Positions 39,513 through 52,481 of a stretch of 64,000 bases of DNA are shown here, one piece after another. Position 1 is the first letter of the stretch, and every line of letters starts with the position of its first letter. Made by a program: the position numbers and the translations under genes. The stretch is from an uncultured Gemmataceae bacterium (GTDB lineage: Bacteria; Planctomycetota; Planctomycetia; Gemmatales; Gemmataceae). The notes beneath the pieces are model-generated. The model searched no databases, was not told where the DNA came from, and saw nothing but the letters and a program-made list of their open reading frames with translations. The stretch spans positions 576,001 through 640,000 of the forward strand of contig CAVVPN010000012.1 of assembly GCA_963750165.1 (NCBI GenBank), in the 5' to 3' direction.

Positions 39513-39552
39513 GCTGCCGCTTGCGGCTTGGCGCCAAGCCGCAAGCGGCAGC
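39513..39552. repeat. 40-bp perfect palindrome between convergent genes
   Basis: GCTGCCGCTTGCGGCTTGGC|GCCAAGCCGCAAGCGGCAGC; a half copy recurs at 41249. Confidence 0.85.
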
Positions 39553-39560
39553 AAAATAGG

Positions 39561-39959
39561 TCAGCGGATCACCGGCAACGTGTAGACCACGCGCCAGCGG
39601 AGGCCGTGGCTCTGCAAGCGCACCTGGTAGCCCTGGGCGCTCATCGCGTTGGCGAAGCTGCGAGCCGGGTGCAGCAGCAAGAAATCCTGCTGGCCGCCCA
39701 CCGCGGCCACTGGAGCGCACGGCACAGCCTGGGTGACCGTCACGGGCGGGGCCGCCGGGAGAGGCGGGGCAAGCACCGGCGGCGCCTCGGGCACCGGCTG
39801 GGCGACCGCCACGGGCCGGGCGAAGACCGGGTAGGGCCGGTAGCACGCCCGTGGGGCGCCGAACCACACGCCCAGCGACACCTGAGCCGACGCAGCCCCC
39901 GCCGTCACTGCGGTCACCGCCATCGCCGCCACCGCCGTCAGCATTGTCTTGCGAAACAT
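39561..39959 (-). CDS. Small secreted proline-rich hypothetical protein
   Basis: Signal peptide MFRKTMLTAVAAMAV...ASA; GGAGGTG SD upstream. Confidence 0.7.
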   Translation of the reverse strand: MFRKTMLTAVAAMAVTAVTAGAASAQVSLGVWFGAPRACYRPYPVFARPVAVAQPVPEAPPVLAPPLPAAPPVTVTQAVPCAPVAAVGGQQDFLLLHPARSFANAMSAQGYQVRLQSHGLRWRVVYTLPVIR

Positions 39960-40127
39960 GGGTCACCTCCACTTCCGTTCCGGCCTGGATGTGTCTCTTC
40001 CTCCACCAATCATACGCACCGCGCGGCGGCTTTTGCGCTGCTGCCGACGGATAGTAAGATGCGTATCCGCTTGACGTTGCGGGTTCCGTTGACTTTGGCG
40101 AGAATGCAGAAAGAAAGGAGCCGTTGC

Positions 40128-41233
40128 ATGTCCCCAAGCTTGCGCGAACTACTGAACGCCTTCGACGCCGAGCTGCCGCTGGACCGCGCCCGCACCATCC
40201 CCAGCGCGTGGTACTTCGATCCCGAGCTTTACGCGCTGGAGTGTCGCAACGTCTTCGGCACGGTGTGGACGGCGGTCGGCCGCGCTGACCAGGTGGCGGC
40301 GCCGGGAGCGTTCCTGACGCTGGAGGTGGCGGGCGAGCCGATCGTGGTGGTGCGCGGCAGCGATGGCGTGCTGCGGGCGTTTTCCAATGTCTGCCGTCAC
40401 CGCGCCGCCCAGGTCATCAACGAACCGCAGGGCGTCGCCACGAAGTTGCGCTGTCGCTACCACGGCTGGACGTACGACCTGTGCGGCCAACTCCGCGGCA
40501 CCCCGGAGTTCGAGGGCGTCATGGACTTCTGCCGCGAGGATTTTGGCCTGCCGGAACTGGGCGTCGCCGAGTGGGGGCCGCTGGTGTTCGTCACCTGCGC
40601 CCGGCCGCGAAACGACCGCCGCTGGAGACGTTCCTGGCGCCGCTGCCGGAGCGAACCGCGGCGCTGGGGCTGGACCGGTTGCACTTCGCGGAGCGGCGCG
40701 AGTACGTGCTGGAGTGTAACTGGAAGGTGTTCGTGGACAACTACCAGGACGGTGGTTATCATGTGAACACGGTCCATCCGGGCCTGGCGGGGGCGCTGGA
40801 CTACAAGCACTACCGCACCGAGATCGCCGGCAACACCAGCGTGCAGATCAGCCCCATCAAGCCGAGCGACGACCCCGCCGTGCAGGCGGTGCGCGGTGGC
40901 GAGCACGCCTATTACTGGTGGGTGTTTCCGAACCTGATGCTGAACCTGTACCAGGGCACGATGGACACGAACCTGGTGCTGCCGCTCGGGCCGGACCGCT
41001 GCAAGGTGATTTTCGACTTCTACTTCGCGGACGTGACCGGGCCGGAGGCGCGGCGCTTCATCGAGCAGAGCATCGCGGTGGCGCATCAGGTGCAGCTGGA
41101 GGACATGGGCGTCTGCGATGAGGTGCAGCGCGGGCTGAAGAGTCGGACGTATGACACGGGGCGCTTCAGCGTGCGCCGCGAGGCGGGCGGCTATCACTTC
41201 CACCAGTTGCTGGCGCGACAGTTGCGCGGGTGA
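40128..41233 (+). CDS. Rieske ring-hydroxylating oxygenase alpha subunit (choline monooxygenase-like); one frameshift (~40605)
   Basis: NVCRHRA...LRCRYHGWTY Rieske motif; CNWKVFVDNY.DGGYHV..VHP; ED..VC..VQRGL. Confidence 0.92.
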
Positions 41234-41248
41234 GCGGACCCCATCTTT

Positions 41249-41352
41249 CTGCCGCTTGCGGCCTGGCGCGCTTCTGTCGTGAGGCAGACATTCCTGTCTG
41301 CCAACTTTGCAAGGTCGGCAGACAGGAATGTCTGCCCCACGACAGAAGCGCG
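41249..41352. repeat. Composite REP element: a half copy of the 39513 palindrome joined to a GGCAGACATTCCTGTCTGCC doublet
   Basis: CGCGCTTCTGTCGT..GGCAGACATTCCTGTCTGCC...GGCAGACAGGAATGTCTGCC..ACGACAGAAGCGCG. Confidence 0.8.
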
Positions 41353-41647
41353 CTGAATCCCTCCCGGCGCGAAATGGATTGCATGGCACCCCCCTACACA
41401 CAGCCGCCGAATCAATACGTCGAAGTCGTGGCCTGGGGGTGTCATGGTCGGGCGCTCGCTGGTGTGGGTTGCCACAGCAAGGACGCCAAGAACGCCAACG
41501 TTTTCACACGTCGAGATTTGGCGCCCTTGCAGACGTGGAGCGCGCGGGTAGAAGAGCCGAACCTGAACGAAAGCCTGGTGTCTCTATTATCAGCCTGGTG
41601 ATACCTTTTTCAGTCTGAAGCCAGTGAATTCGCGTATATTCTCGGCC

Positions 41648-42055
41648 ATGCACAACTACCGCGGCGATTTTGAAGTCCACATAACTGTACTGGCGCCAGG
41701 CAAGACCCTGCTTGACCGGTTTCGGGAGTGGTGCAGCGCCCGAGAACTGAAATGCGTTTGGATCGTCCTCGCACGCGGCGAACATGTCGAACAACCGATG
41801 GCTACCTGGCGGCGTTCCAACAAGACCCTGTCCCTGGTCGTAGAAGAAGCGGAGCGGTACGCTGCCGATTTGCACCACGTCGCCATTCCGGTTGCGCGTG
41901 TGAAGGTTGAGGCCGCGCCGCACAATGACGAGGTGCCCGTGCGCGACGCAGACGCGGCAGCCCATGAGGCGAAGAACTACTTCGAGCACCACGTCAAGCT
42001 CCTCCGCGATACGACGGCAGCACGTTCCGCTTTCCGTCGTACACGCCGGAAATGA
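41648..42055 (+). pseudogene. Hypothetical protein, apparently 3'-truncated
   Basis: Repeated FEVHITV / YFEHHVKL motif, then loss of protein-like sequence. Confidence 0.5.
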
Positions 42056-42208
42056 TGCTGCGGAAAGTCCGGATGGTATGGGGTCTCTGGGCGGCGCAGT
42101 ACCAGGGGCATGGCCCAATCTCGTCGATCTGCTCGGAATGATTCTACCAAATAAGCGCAGGCGAAAGGAACGATCCTTTCGCCTGCGCGTGTCCGCATCC
42201 TTGGTTTT

Positions 42209-44974
<2,766 letters not shown>

Positions 44975-45104
44975 CGCGCGTTTCCTGAGGGGGGAATGGT
45001 GCGTGCGTCCGCGCCAAGAGTGGCGGGCGTGCCGGGCTGCTCGCCGCGGGGTTGGTTCTGTGGGAAGTGTATGAACCGGCCGGGTCCGCGTCAGCGCGGC
45101 GATA

Positions 45105-45167
45105 CCACGTAGGACGGCTCTCCAGAGCCGTCGGGGAGAGACGGCTCTGGAGAGCCGTCCTACGTGG
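45105..45167. repeat. REP doublet palindrome (GTAG-headed)
   Basis: CCACGTAGGACGGCTCTCCAGAGCCGTC...GACGGCTCTGGAGAGCCGTCCTACGTGG. Confidence 0.88.
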
Positions 45168-45173
45168 AAGAGG

Positions 45174-45626
45174 TCAGCGCGGCTGGTCGAGCACGGCGAG
45201 CAACTTGGTCAGCAGGCGCGCCAGGTCTTCCTGATCGTCCTCGGGCAGGTCGCGGAGGCAGTCGGCGATGCGGCGGACGCGGGCGCCCTGGTAGGCGAGC
45301 AGGGCCTGCTCGCCGATGGGAGTCAGGCAGACATCGATCTTGCGTTTGTCGCGGGAGTTGATGCTGCAACTGATGAGCGGCTGGGGGCGGTTCTCCAGCG
45401 AGCGAATGATGCGCGACATCTGCGCCGGCAGGACGCCCAGCAGACGCTGGATGTCGCCGACGATCATGGTGCCGCGGCCCTGCAGGGTGGCGAGGGTGAG
45501 GAATTCGATTTCCTTGAGGTCCACGCCCCGGCGACGGCCGCGCTGGGCGGCCAGGCAGACCTGCGTCACCACCTCGAACAGGTCCTGGGCAAGTTCGTCA
45601 ACGCGCTGGCCCGTGCCGGTGGCCAT
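45174..45626 (-). CDS. MarR-family transcriptional regulator
   Basis: [21 protein letters not shown]...[13 protein letters not shown]. Confidence 0.88.
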   Translation of the reverse strand: MATGTGQRVDELAQDLFEVVTQVCLAAQRGRRRGVDLKEIEFLTLATLQGRGTMIVGDIQRLLGVLPAQMSRIIRSLENRPQPLISCSINSRDKRKIDVCLTPIGEQALLAYQGARVRRIADCLRDLPEDDQEDLARLLTKLLAVLDQPR

Positions 45627-45839
45627 GAATGCTCGTCCCTCTGCACGCTCTCCGGGCCGGTTGTGTGGGTGGGCCGCCCGGTTGTCCGTCTGCGAGTCCA
45701 GCTTCGCGAGGAAAATCGACGCCCTCATCATAGCCACTGACAAGGGGCTGTCAATCGCAAACGGCGCCCGGTGGCGCAAGCAGGGCAAACTGCGCCCGGA
45801 CGAGCGGGATGTGCTGGGAAACCGGATTGTGGGGGAGAG

Positions 45840-46957
45840 TCAGCGCAACACCACAAACCAAACGAGCGCCGCGGTGATGACGCCCAGGATGAGCCAGACC
45901 CAGCCGGGATGTTCTTCGAGCCACCATTCCACGGGGCGCAGCAGCCGCGCGAAGCACCAGCAGCGGCGCAGGCAGCGCACCTGCTCGCGCAAGAAGCTCA
46001 GGTGCTCGACCAGGACGCTGCGGCCCTCGTTCCAGTCGGCGCGAGCAGGCCGCGCTCCTCGGTGTCGAGGCCCTTGAAGATGTCGGCGGACGCCTCCTGC
46101 TCGGCGATGGCAACGAGGCGGTAGCCGGGCTGTCCGGGGTGGCCGAGGATGGGCGGGTAGGTGCCCAGCAACTCGAAGACGGCCACGAGCTGGCGCGTCA
46201 GCTCGGCTTCCTCCGCGGGGCGCGTCAGGGTGCGAGCCGGCTTGCTGACATACTTGCCCGCCCGCTGCCAGGCACGCAGCAGTCGTCGCGTCTCCAGGAT
46301 GCGTTCGAGCAGGCCGCGGCGGGTGCCGAGGCCGTGCCGTGCCGCCCGCGATCGGCGGGCCAGCGCGGCGATGGGGTTGGTTGGCCGCCGCGCTGGCGCC
46401 GCCAGCGCTGGCGCCGCCGGCGCTGGCGCCGGTTCGACCGGCACGGCTGCGACTGCTTGCGTCACCGGCACGGCAACCGGCAGCGCCACCGGAGGCGGGG
46501 CGGGCGGCATTTTCGGGGCGTCCAGGTGGGTCACCGGTCTGGTGGACACCGTGTCCATTGACGATTTCGGCACAGGAGTGGGCTTGCTCGACCGCAAGGG
46601 CAGCAGGGCGATGTGCGTGGTCACCGGCGTGGTGACCGGGCGGATGCCCAGCTTGGCGTCGTAGGCCAGTTTGGCCCGCGGTTCGGTGAGGCAGCAGAAC
46701 GCCTGGGCCAGCAAGTTCATGGCCTCGGTCGCCGCCGCCGGGCTCGCCAGCTGGTACGAGCGCACCAGGGCCAGCAGTTCCTGCACCCGCTGCTCGATGC
46801 GGTTCGTGTCCGCCTCGCCGGGGGGCAGGCCCAGCAGGGTATAGTGGTCCGGCGGCCAGGCGGTACCGGTCGGCAGGCCCAGCCAGGCGCCGATCAGTTC
46901 CCGGGCCGATTTGTTCGTCGTCGGTATCACGGTCATGGTGGTTTTCGTGGGTTTCAT
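45840..46957 (-). CDS. Planctomycete hypothetical protein with a J-domain-like N-terminus and C-terminal TM helix; frameshift ~46040
   Basis: WLGLP...WPPDHYTLLGL...AFCCLTEP..K..YD; Pro/Ala linker; TM PGWVWLILGVITAALVWF in the second frame. Confidence 0.65.
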
Positions 46958-47243
46958 CCGTTTTCACCCAGCAGGAAGACCTCGGGGACGCCAGCCGTCC
47001 TCCCAAAACGGGTCGCGACTTTCATCCTCTCTTAATAACATGCCAAATTTCTTTCCCAATTGCAAAGAATTGTTTCCGACAAGAATTGCCGGATCGGTTC
47101 GCCGGTCTTGCGCAGCCTGCCCCCCGCTCGCCAAAATGCACGCCGCAAGCCACCTTGTTCACGGCGGTCGATTCTGTTACAAGCACGCTCCACCGCGGAT
47201 GCTGCCGCCGTGAACACCCGGGCTCGCAGGTCGAAGCAGTGGC

Positions 47244-49265
47244 ATGAGAAACTTTTTACGTGCGCTCCGCTACGCCTGGCCCTACCGTCATCGGCTCGCC
47301 ACGTCGGTCGCGTGTGCCCTGGCCGCCGCGGTTTTCTGGGGCCTGAACTTCACCGCCATCTATCCCGTCCTGAAAATTTTGGGCTCCGATCAGAACCTGC
47401 AGCAGTGGGTCAACGGCGAAATCAAGCGCACCAAGAAGGATGTCGCCGGCTGGGAAACCCAGGTAGAGGAGATGACCCGGCGCGGCGAGGAACTCGACAA
47501 GCTGCCGCCCTCCAAGCTGAAGGACAAGGAGCAGCGTCGCCTGGACGGCGGCCTGGCCAAGATCGAAAGCCGCCTGGAAGCCGCCCGCCATGAACTGTAC
47601 CGCTTCCAGTTGCTCAAGCAGTACATCGACCTGATTTTCCCATCGGATCGCTTCCAGACGCTGGCGCTGGTGATCGGTTTGGTGGTCGCGGCCGTCGCCA
47701 TCAAGGGGGTGTTCGAGTTCTGCCAGGAAACGCTGGTCGGCAGCGTCGTCAACCTGTCGCTGTTCGACCTGCGCAACCGCTTCTATCGGAATGTCATCCA
47801 CCTGGACGTGGGCGCCTTCAGCGCCGAGGGCACGCACGAATTGATGGCCCGCCTGACCAACGACATGGAACTGCTGGCCGCGGGGCTCAAGACGCTGTTT
47901 GGCCGGGTGGTCGCGGAGCCGCTGCGGGCGCTGGCGTGCGTCATCATCGCCTGCTGGATCAGCTGGCAGTTGACGCTGATGTTCCTGGTGCTGGTGCCGG
48001 TGGCGCTGTTCATCCTGACCAAGGTCGGCCGCATGATGAAGCGAGCCACGCGCCGCCTGCTGGAGCGAATGTCGCACATCTACAAGCATCTGCAGGAGAC
48101 GTTCCTGGGCATCCGCGTGGTGAAGGCGTTCACGCGCGAGCCCTACGAGCGCCGCCGCTTCGCCAGCGCCACGCGCGACTACTACCACAAGTCGATGTGG
48201 GTGGTGAAGCTGGACGCGCTGGCCGGGCCGATTATCGAGGTGCTGGGCGTTGCGGCGGTGGCGACGGCGCTGCTGGCCGGGGCGTTTCTGGTGCTGAACC
48301 GCGAGACGCACTTGTTCGGCCTGCGCATGAGCGAGCAGCCGCTGGACACCGAAACGCTGCTGCAACTGTACGCGCTGCTGGCGGCCATCGCGGACCCGGT
48401 GCGCAAGCTGTCGAGCGTCTACACGCGCATCCAGTCCGGGGCGGCGGCCAGCGACCGCGTCTTCCACTTCATGGACCGCGAGGCGAAGGTGCGGCGGAAC
48501 AGTTCCGCACCGCGCCTGGAGCAGCACGGCCACGACATCGAGTTCCGCGACGTGTGCTTCTCCTACGAGCCGGGCCGCTCCATCCTGACGGGGGTGCATC
48601 TGCATGTGCGGCACGGCGAAACGATCGCGGTGGTGGGCAAGAACGGTAGCGGCAAGACAACGCTGCTGAACCTGCTACCGCGCTTCTACGACCCGGACCA
48701 CGGCTCGATTTTCATTGACGGCCAGGACATCCGCGGCGTGAACCTGCGCAGTCTGCGGCAGCAAATCGGCATGGTCACGCAGGACGCCATTCTGTTCGAC
48801 GACACGATCTACAACAACATCGCCTACGGCAACCGGCGGGCGAAGCGTGAGGACGTGGAGCGCGTGGCCCTGCTGGCGGACGCGCACGGCTTCATCCAGG
48901 GGCTGACCCACGGTTACGAGACGCGCATCGGCGAGGCGGGCTTAAAAATTTCGGGCGGTCAGCGGCAGCGGTTGGCGCTGGCGCGGGCGCTGCTCAGCGA
49001 CCCGAGCATCTTGATCCTGGACGAGTTCACCAGTCAGTATGACGCCGAGAGCGAGGCGATTCTGCACGATGGTCTGCGCGACTTTTTGAAGGGCCGGACG
49101 ACGTTCATCATCACGCACCGGCTGAACACGCTGGAGATCGCGGATCGGGTGGTGGTGGTGGACGGCGGTCGCATCGCCGCGCTGGGCACGCACGGCGAAC
49201 TGCTCAAGACCTGCCCGCTGTATCAGCGGCTGCACGAGGCCCAGTTTCAGCGCCTGGTGGCGTGA
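47244..49265 (+). CDS. ABC exporter, fused permease/ATPase (MsbA-like)
   Basis: TM domain; GKNGSGKTT, ISGGQRQRLALARA, ILILDE.TS, IITHRL. Confidence 0.93.
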   Translation: MRNFLRALRYAWPYRHRLATSVACALAAAVFWGLNFTAIYPVLKILGSDQNLQQWVNGEIKRTKKDVAGWETQVEEMTRRGEELDKLPPSKLKDKEQRRLDGGLAKIESRLEAARHELYRFQLLKQYIDLIFPSDRFQTLALVIGLVVAAVAIKGVFEFCQETLVGSVVNLSLFDLRNRFYRNVIHLDVGAFSAEGTHELMARLTNDMELLAAGLKTLFGRVVAEPLRALACVIIACWISWQLTLMFLVLVPVALFILTKVGRMMKRATRRLLERMSHIYKHLQETFLGIRVVKAFTREPYERRRFASATRDYYHKSMWVVKLDALAGPIIEVLGVAAVATALLAGAFLVLNRETHLFGLRMSEQPLDTETLLQLYALLAAIADPVRKLSSVYTRIQSGAAASDRVFHFMDREAKVRRNSSAPRLEQHGHDIEFRDVCFSYEPGRSILTGVHLHVRHGETIAVVGKNGSGKTTLLNLLPRFYDPDHGSIFIDGQDIRGVNLRSLRQQIGMVTQDAILFDDTIYNNIAYGNRRAKREDVERVALLADAHGFIQGLTHGYETRIGEAGLKISGGQRQRLALARALLSDPSILILDEFTSQYDAESEAILHDGLRDFLKGRTTFIITHRLNTLEIADRVVVVDGGRIAALGTHGELLKTCPLYQRLHEAQFQRLVA

Positions 49266-50701
49266 CGATGACGGTTGACCCCCGAATAATACCGCGGCCC
49301 GGCCCCCTCCTCGCCCTGGCGATCCCGCTCGTTCTCAGCTACTGCCTCTTCTTTCACCGACTCGGCGACCGCGACCTGTCGAGCAGCCACGAGGCGCGCG
49401 CGGCCCAGCACGCGCAAATGATGCTCGACACCGGCGACTGGCTGCTGCCGCGGCTGTTCGACAAGCGTGTCGAGTTGCAGAAGCCGCCGGGCTATTACTG
49501 GTGCGCCGCGGCGCTGGGCTGGCTGCACGGCGGCCGGGTGGATGCGTGGTGTGTGCGGTTGCCGGCCGCGCTGGCGGCGCTGGCGACGGTGCTGTTGCTG
49601 GCGGCCCAGGGACGCCGCGGCCTGGTCGCGGCGCTGCTGCTGGCGACGATGGTGCATTTCACCTGGCTGGCGCGTGTCGGCCGCATTGACATGGTGCTGA
49701 CACTGACGGTGACGGCGGCGCTGGTTTGTTTTCGGCAAGCGGCGGAGCAGAAGGGACGCAGGCGCTGGCTCCTCACCGCCTACCTCGCGCTCGCGGCGGG
49801 TCTGCTGCTCAAGGGCCCCATCGCCGTGGCGCTGCCGGCCGCCGTCCTGCTGGCGCAGCGCCTCGTCGAGCGCCGCCTGAACCGGTCCTGCGTCCGCGAA
49901 CTTGGGCTGGGGTGGGGTGTGCCGCTGACGCTGGCCGTGGCGCTGCCGTGGTACGCCTGGGTCGATTGGCAGACGCAGGGCGAGCTATTCCGCGTCTTTT
50001 TCTGGCATCACAACGTCGAGCGCGGCTTCGGCGACGACGCGGCCCTGGCCGCGCATCCGTGGTGGTTCTACGGCCCGCGCCTGGCCATCGACCTGTTGCC
50101 GTGGAGCCAGCTGTTGCCGGCGGCGCTGTGGTGGTGCGCGCGGCGGCGCGAGTTGCGTGCCGACCCCGAGGTGCGCTTTGGCCTGGTCTGGTTGCTGGCG
50201 GTCGTGGCACTGCTGTCGCTGATGCGTTTCAAGCGCGCGGACTATCTGCTGCCGGCGTACCCCGGGGCGGCGCTGTTCCTGGCCGGCGTCCTCGAACACG
50301 GCTGGCGGCAGTCGCGGCAGCGCGTGCGCCTGGCGCTGGGCGGCGGCGCGCTGGTCGCGGGCTGCGCATTGGGTTGGCTGGCGTTCGTCGAGCGCGGCCT
50401 GTCGCGGCCCGAAGCCGGCGACGGCACCCGACCGTTCGCGCTGGCGATCCGCCAACAAACCACCGGCCGTGTCGCGTTCTTCCGCACCGAGGCACACGCG
50501 CTGGCGTTCCACGTCGGCCGGCCTGTCGTCACCTTGATCGAGTGGGAAAACCTCGATCGCTGGCTAGCCCGGGGCGAACCGCTGCACGTCGTCATGCCGG
50601 CGGACTGTGCTGCGGAGTGGCCGCGTCACCTCCATAACGGCTGGCTCGAAGAAGTGGAGCGCCGCGGCCCTCTGGTGCTGCTGCGCGCTCGCCCTTCGTA
50701 A
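49262..50701 (+). CDS. ArnT/PMT-family (GT-C) membrane glycosyltransferase
   Basis: HEARAA..A..ML.TGDWL.P, QKPPGYYW, RIDM, LKGPI, KRADYLLPAYP. Confidence 0.88.
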   Translation: MTMTVDPRIIPRPGPLLALAIPLVLSYCLFFHRLGDRDLSSSHEARAAQHAQMMLDTGDWLLPRLFDKRVELQKPPGYYWCAAALGWLHGGRVDAWCVRLPAALAALATVLLLAAQGRRGLVAALLLATMVHFTWLARVGRIDMVLTLTVTAALVCFRQAAEQKGRRRWLLTAYLALAAGLLLKGPIAVALPAAVLLAQRLVERRLNRSCVRELGLGWGVPLTLAVALPWYAWVDWQTQGELFRVFFWHHNVERGFGDDAALAAHPWWFYGPRLAIDLLPWSQLLPAALWWCARRRELRADPEVRFGLVWLLAVVALLSLMRFKRADYLLPAYPGAALFLAGVLEHGWRQSRQRVRLALGGGALVAGCALGWLAFVERGLSRPEAGDGTRPFALAIRQQTTGRVAFFRTEAHALAFHVGRPVVTLIEWENLDRWLARGEPLHVVMPADCAAEWPRHLHNGWLEEVERRGPLVLLRARPS

Positions 50702-50895
50702 TCCAAGGCGCGGTAACCGATACCCACACGAGCCGAGTAGACAGGCGGCGGACCAGAGTTGACTTGCTTGAACCGAAGCCCCGGGTGGGACGAGTTCTTC
50801 TGGAAAATCGCGTAGGCATCCTGGGCCTGTCGTTGGACCTGTGCCGGGAGTGCGGCCAACTGTTCCAGGAAGTGACGGGTCATATGTGAGGTCAT
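50700..50895 (-). pseudogene. RelE/ParE-like toxin, C-terminally truncated
   Basis: F....AALP..VQ.QA..AY.IF..N..HPGLRFKQV....VYSARVGIGYRAL; the usual tail is replaced by the antisense of the ArnT-like gene end. Confidence 0.75.
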
Positions 50896-51110
50896 AACCG
50901 CTCCGGGTCCAGCGGCTGCGTCTGGCCTGCCCGATGTTCAGCCAGAGCTGCCGCCGCCAAGGTCACGAGCTTCTGGCGCGAAGCTGTGATCGCCTTGTCG
51001 AAGTCATCCTCCGCGGCGAGTTCGGCGAGGACTCGCGCAGCGAGCAAGTCTTGTTCCGCCTCCGAGAGTTTGGTTGCTGCATCGAAAGCCTGTTGAAGTA
51101 ACGTCGTCAT
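50892..51110 (-). CDS. Small antitoxin-like protein paired with the RelE-like gene
   Basis: MTTLLQQAF.AA.KL.EAEQD.LA...LAEL...FD..I..S..KL..LA..ALAEHRAG.T.PLDP; GGAGGTG SD; 4-nt overlap with the toxin start. Confidence 0.8.
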   Translation of the reverse strand: MTTLLQQAFDAATKLSEAEQDLLAARVLAELAAEDDFDKAITASRQKLVTLAAAALAEHRAGQTQPLDPERL

Positions 51111-51445
51111 CGAGACACCTCCTTGCCCATATTGTAGCCGAAAGAGAGATTCACGCCCCGTGGAGTTTCAGGGCGGCCGACCAGCTGTTCAACGACCCGC
51201 TTGGCCTCAGTCAGCGTTTCTGGCCCAAGCCAGTCTCGAAGTTCTGCCTCGTCCCCGGATCGCCAGTCGGGAAGTCGCCTCCCACGCGGCAGCGCCGTTT
51301 GCAGGAACGCTCGAAGATCGGGCGGAAACCGGAAGGCAAACTTCGTCTCGGCGGCGATGACCTCGGCGTTGGTCAAGCCGGCGTCGAACGCGACACCGTG
51401 CGACTGCAATCGAGCAACCAGGTCGTCCCAGGCATCCGCTGTCAT
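51107..51445 (-). pseudogene. SMI1/KNR4-family immunity-like protein, truncated
   Basis: GV.FD.GLT.AEV..AE.KF.FRFPPDLR.FLQ..LP.G...PDWR; short, with the C-terminal half apparently missing. Confidence 0.7.
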
Positions 51446-51602
51446 CGGCCACGTCCTCCGTCGTCGAATTATTGGAAAAGCCGGAAGAAACCTGCAGCCG
51501 TTTCGTATCGCTATGAAAGGCACGGGTTTTTGTGGAGTGGGATGAATATAACTTCTCGAACGGACAAACGGAAGTGCGTCGGCACGGTTTGTTGAGACCA
51601 AC

Positions 51603-52481
51603 ATGCCTGAACCCCCCAAGCGGCCACCCATCGCCACGGCGGCCCTCAGCCTGGTACTGCCGGTCCACAACGCCGGCGCCGACCTTGACGCGCTGCTGGC
51701 GCCCTGGGTCGAGTTCCTCGACCAGCGCAAGCGGCCCCATGAAATCCTGCTCGTCAACGACGGCAGCAGCGACGACACCGCTGCCCGCGCCGACGAGCTG
51801 GCCCAGAAGCTGCCGAAACTCCGCGTCCACCACCACGCAACGCCGTGCGGCTTCGGCGCTGCGCTGCGCACCGGCCTGGCCGCGGCCCGGCATCCGCTGC
51901 TCGCCTACGCCCCGCTCGACCGCCAGTTTCAGGCCGCGGACCTCCAGTGCCTCGTGGACAAAATCGACGAGGTGGACCTGGTGGTCGGCTATCGGTTGTC
52001 GCAAACCGTGCCGGGCTGGTTGCAGTCGCTGCACACCGGCTGGCGGGCCGCGGCGCGGGTGCTGTTCGCTGTGCCGCTGGAGCCGCTGTCGTGCTGGCTC
52101 GGCTGGCGCGGTCTGCTGCGCCGCCGCCTGATCCGCACCGTCTTCGGCGTCCGCGTCCACGACGTCGGCTGCCTGTTCGCGCTGTGCCGCCGCGAAATCT
52201 TCGAGCGCTTTCCCCTGCAGTCGGACAGCAGCTTCGTTCATGTGGAAATCCTGGCCAAGGCGAACTTCATCACCTGCTGGATGAGCCAGGTGCCGCTCCA
52301 GCACCAGCCGCCGGCGGTACGGCCGCGGGAGCGGCGCGGCCGCGACGCCTGGCGGGTGTTCCAGCATCCGCGCTTCGGCAAGGAAGCGCCCGAGCCGCCG
52401 GCGCCTCCCCCCCACCCCGCCCCTCCCCCACCAGGGGGGAGGGAGAAGGAAGCCCCTCTCCCTGACGCGGGTTTGTCATGA
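51603..52481 (+). CDS. Glycosyltransferase family 2 (DPM-synthase-like)
   Basis: LSLVLPVHN, EILLVNDGSSDDT, GFGAALRTG, DLVVGYR, DVGC.F.L.RRE; the DxD motif appears degenerate. Confidence 0.85.
   Translation: MPEPPKRPPIATAALSLVLPVHNAGADLDALLAPWVEFLDQRKRPHEILLVNDGSSDDTAARADELAQKLPKLRVHHHATPCGFGAALRTGLAAARHPLLAYAPLDRQFQAADLQCLVDKIDEVDLVVGYRLSQTVPGWLQSLHTGWRAAARVLFAVPLEPLSCWLGWRGLLRRRLIRTVFGVRVHDVGCLFALCRREIFERFPLQSDSSFVHVEILAKANFITCWMSQVPLQHQPPAVRPRERRGRDAWRVFQHPRFGKEAPEPPAPPPHPAPPPPGGREKEAPLPDAGLS

Noticed and set aside
52405..52465. Proline-rich C-terminal domain of the GT2 protein
   Set aside because: It appears to be translation through a CCCC..CTCCCC..GGGGAGGG repeat similar to those at ~60292 and ~61261, not a protein domain.
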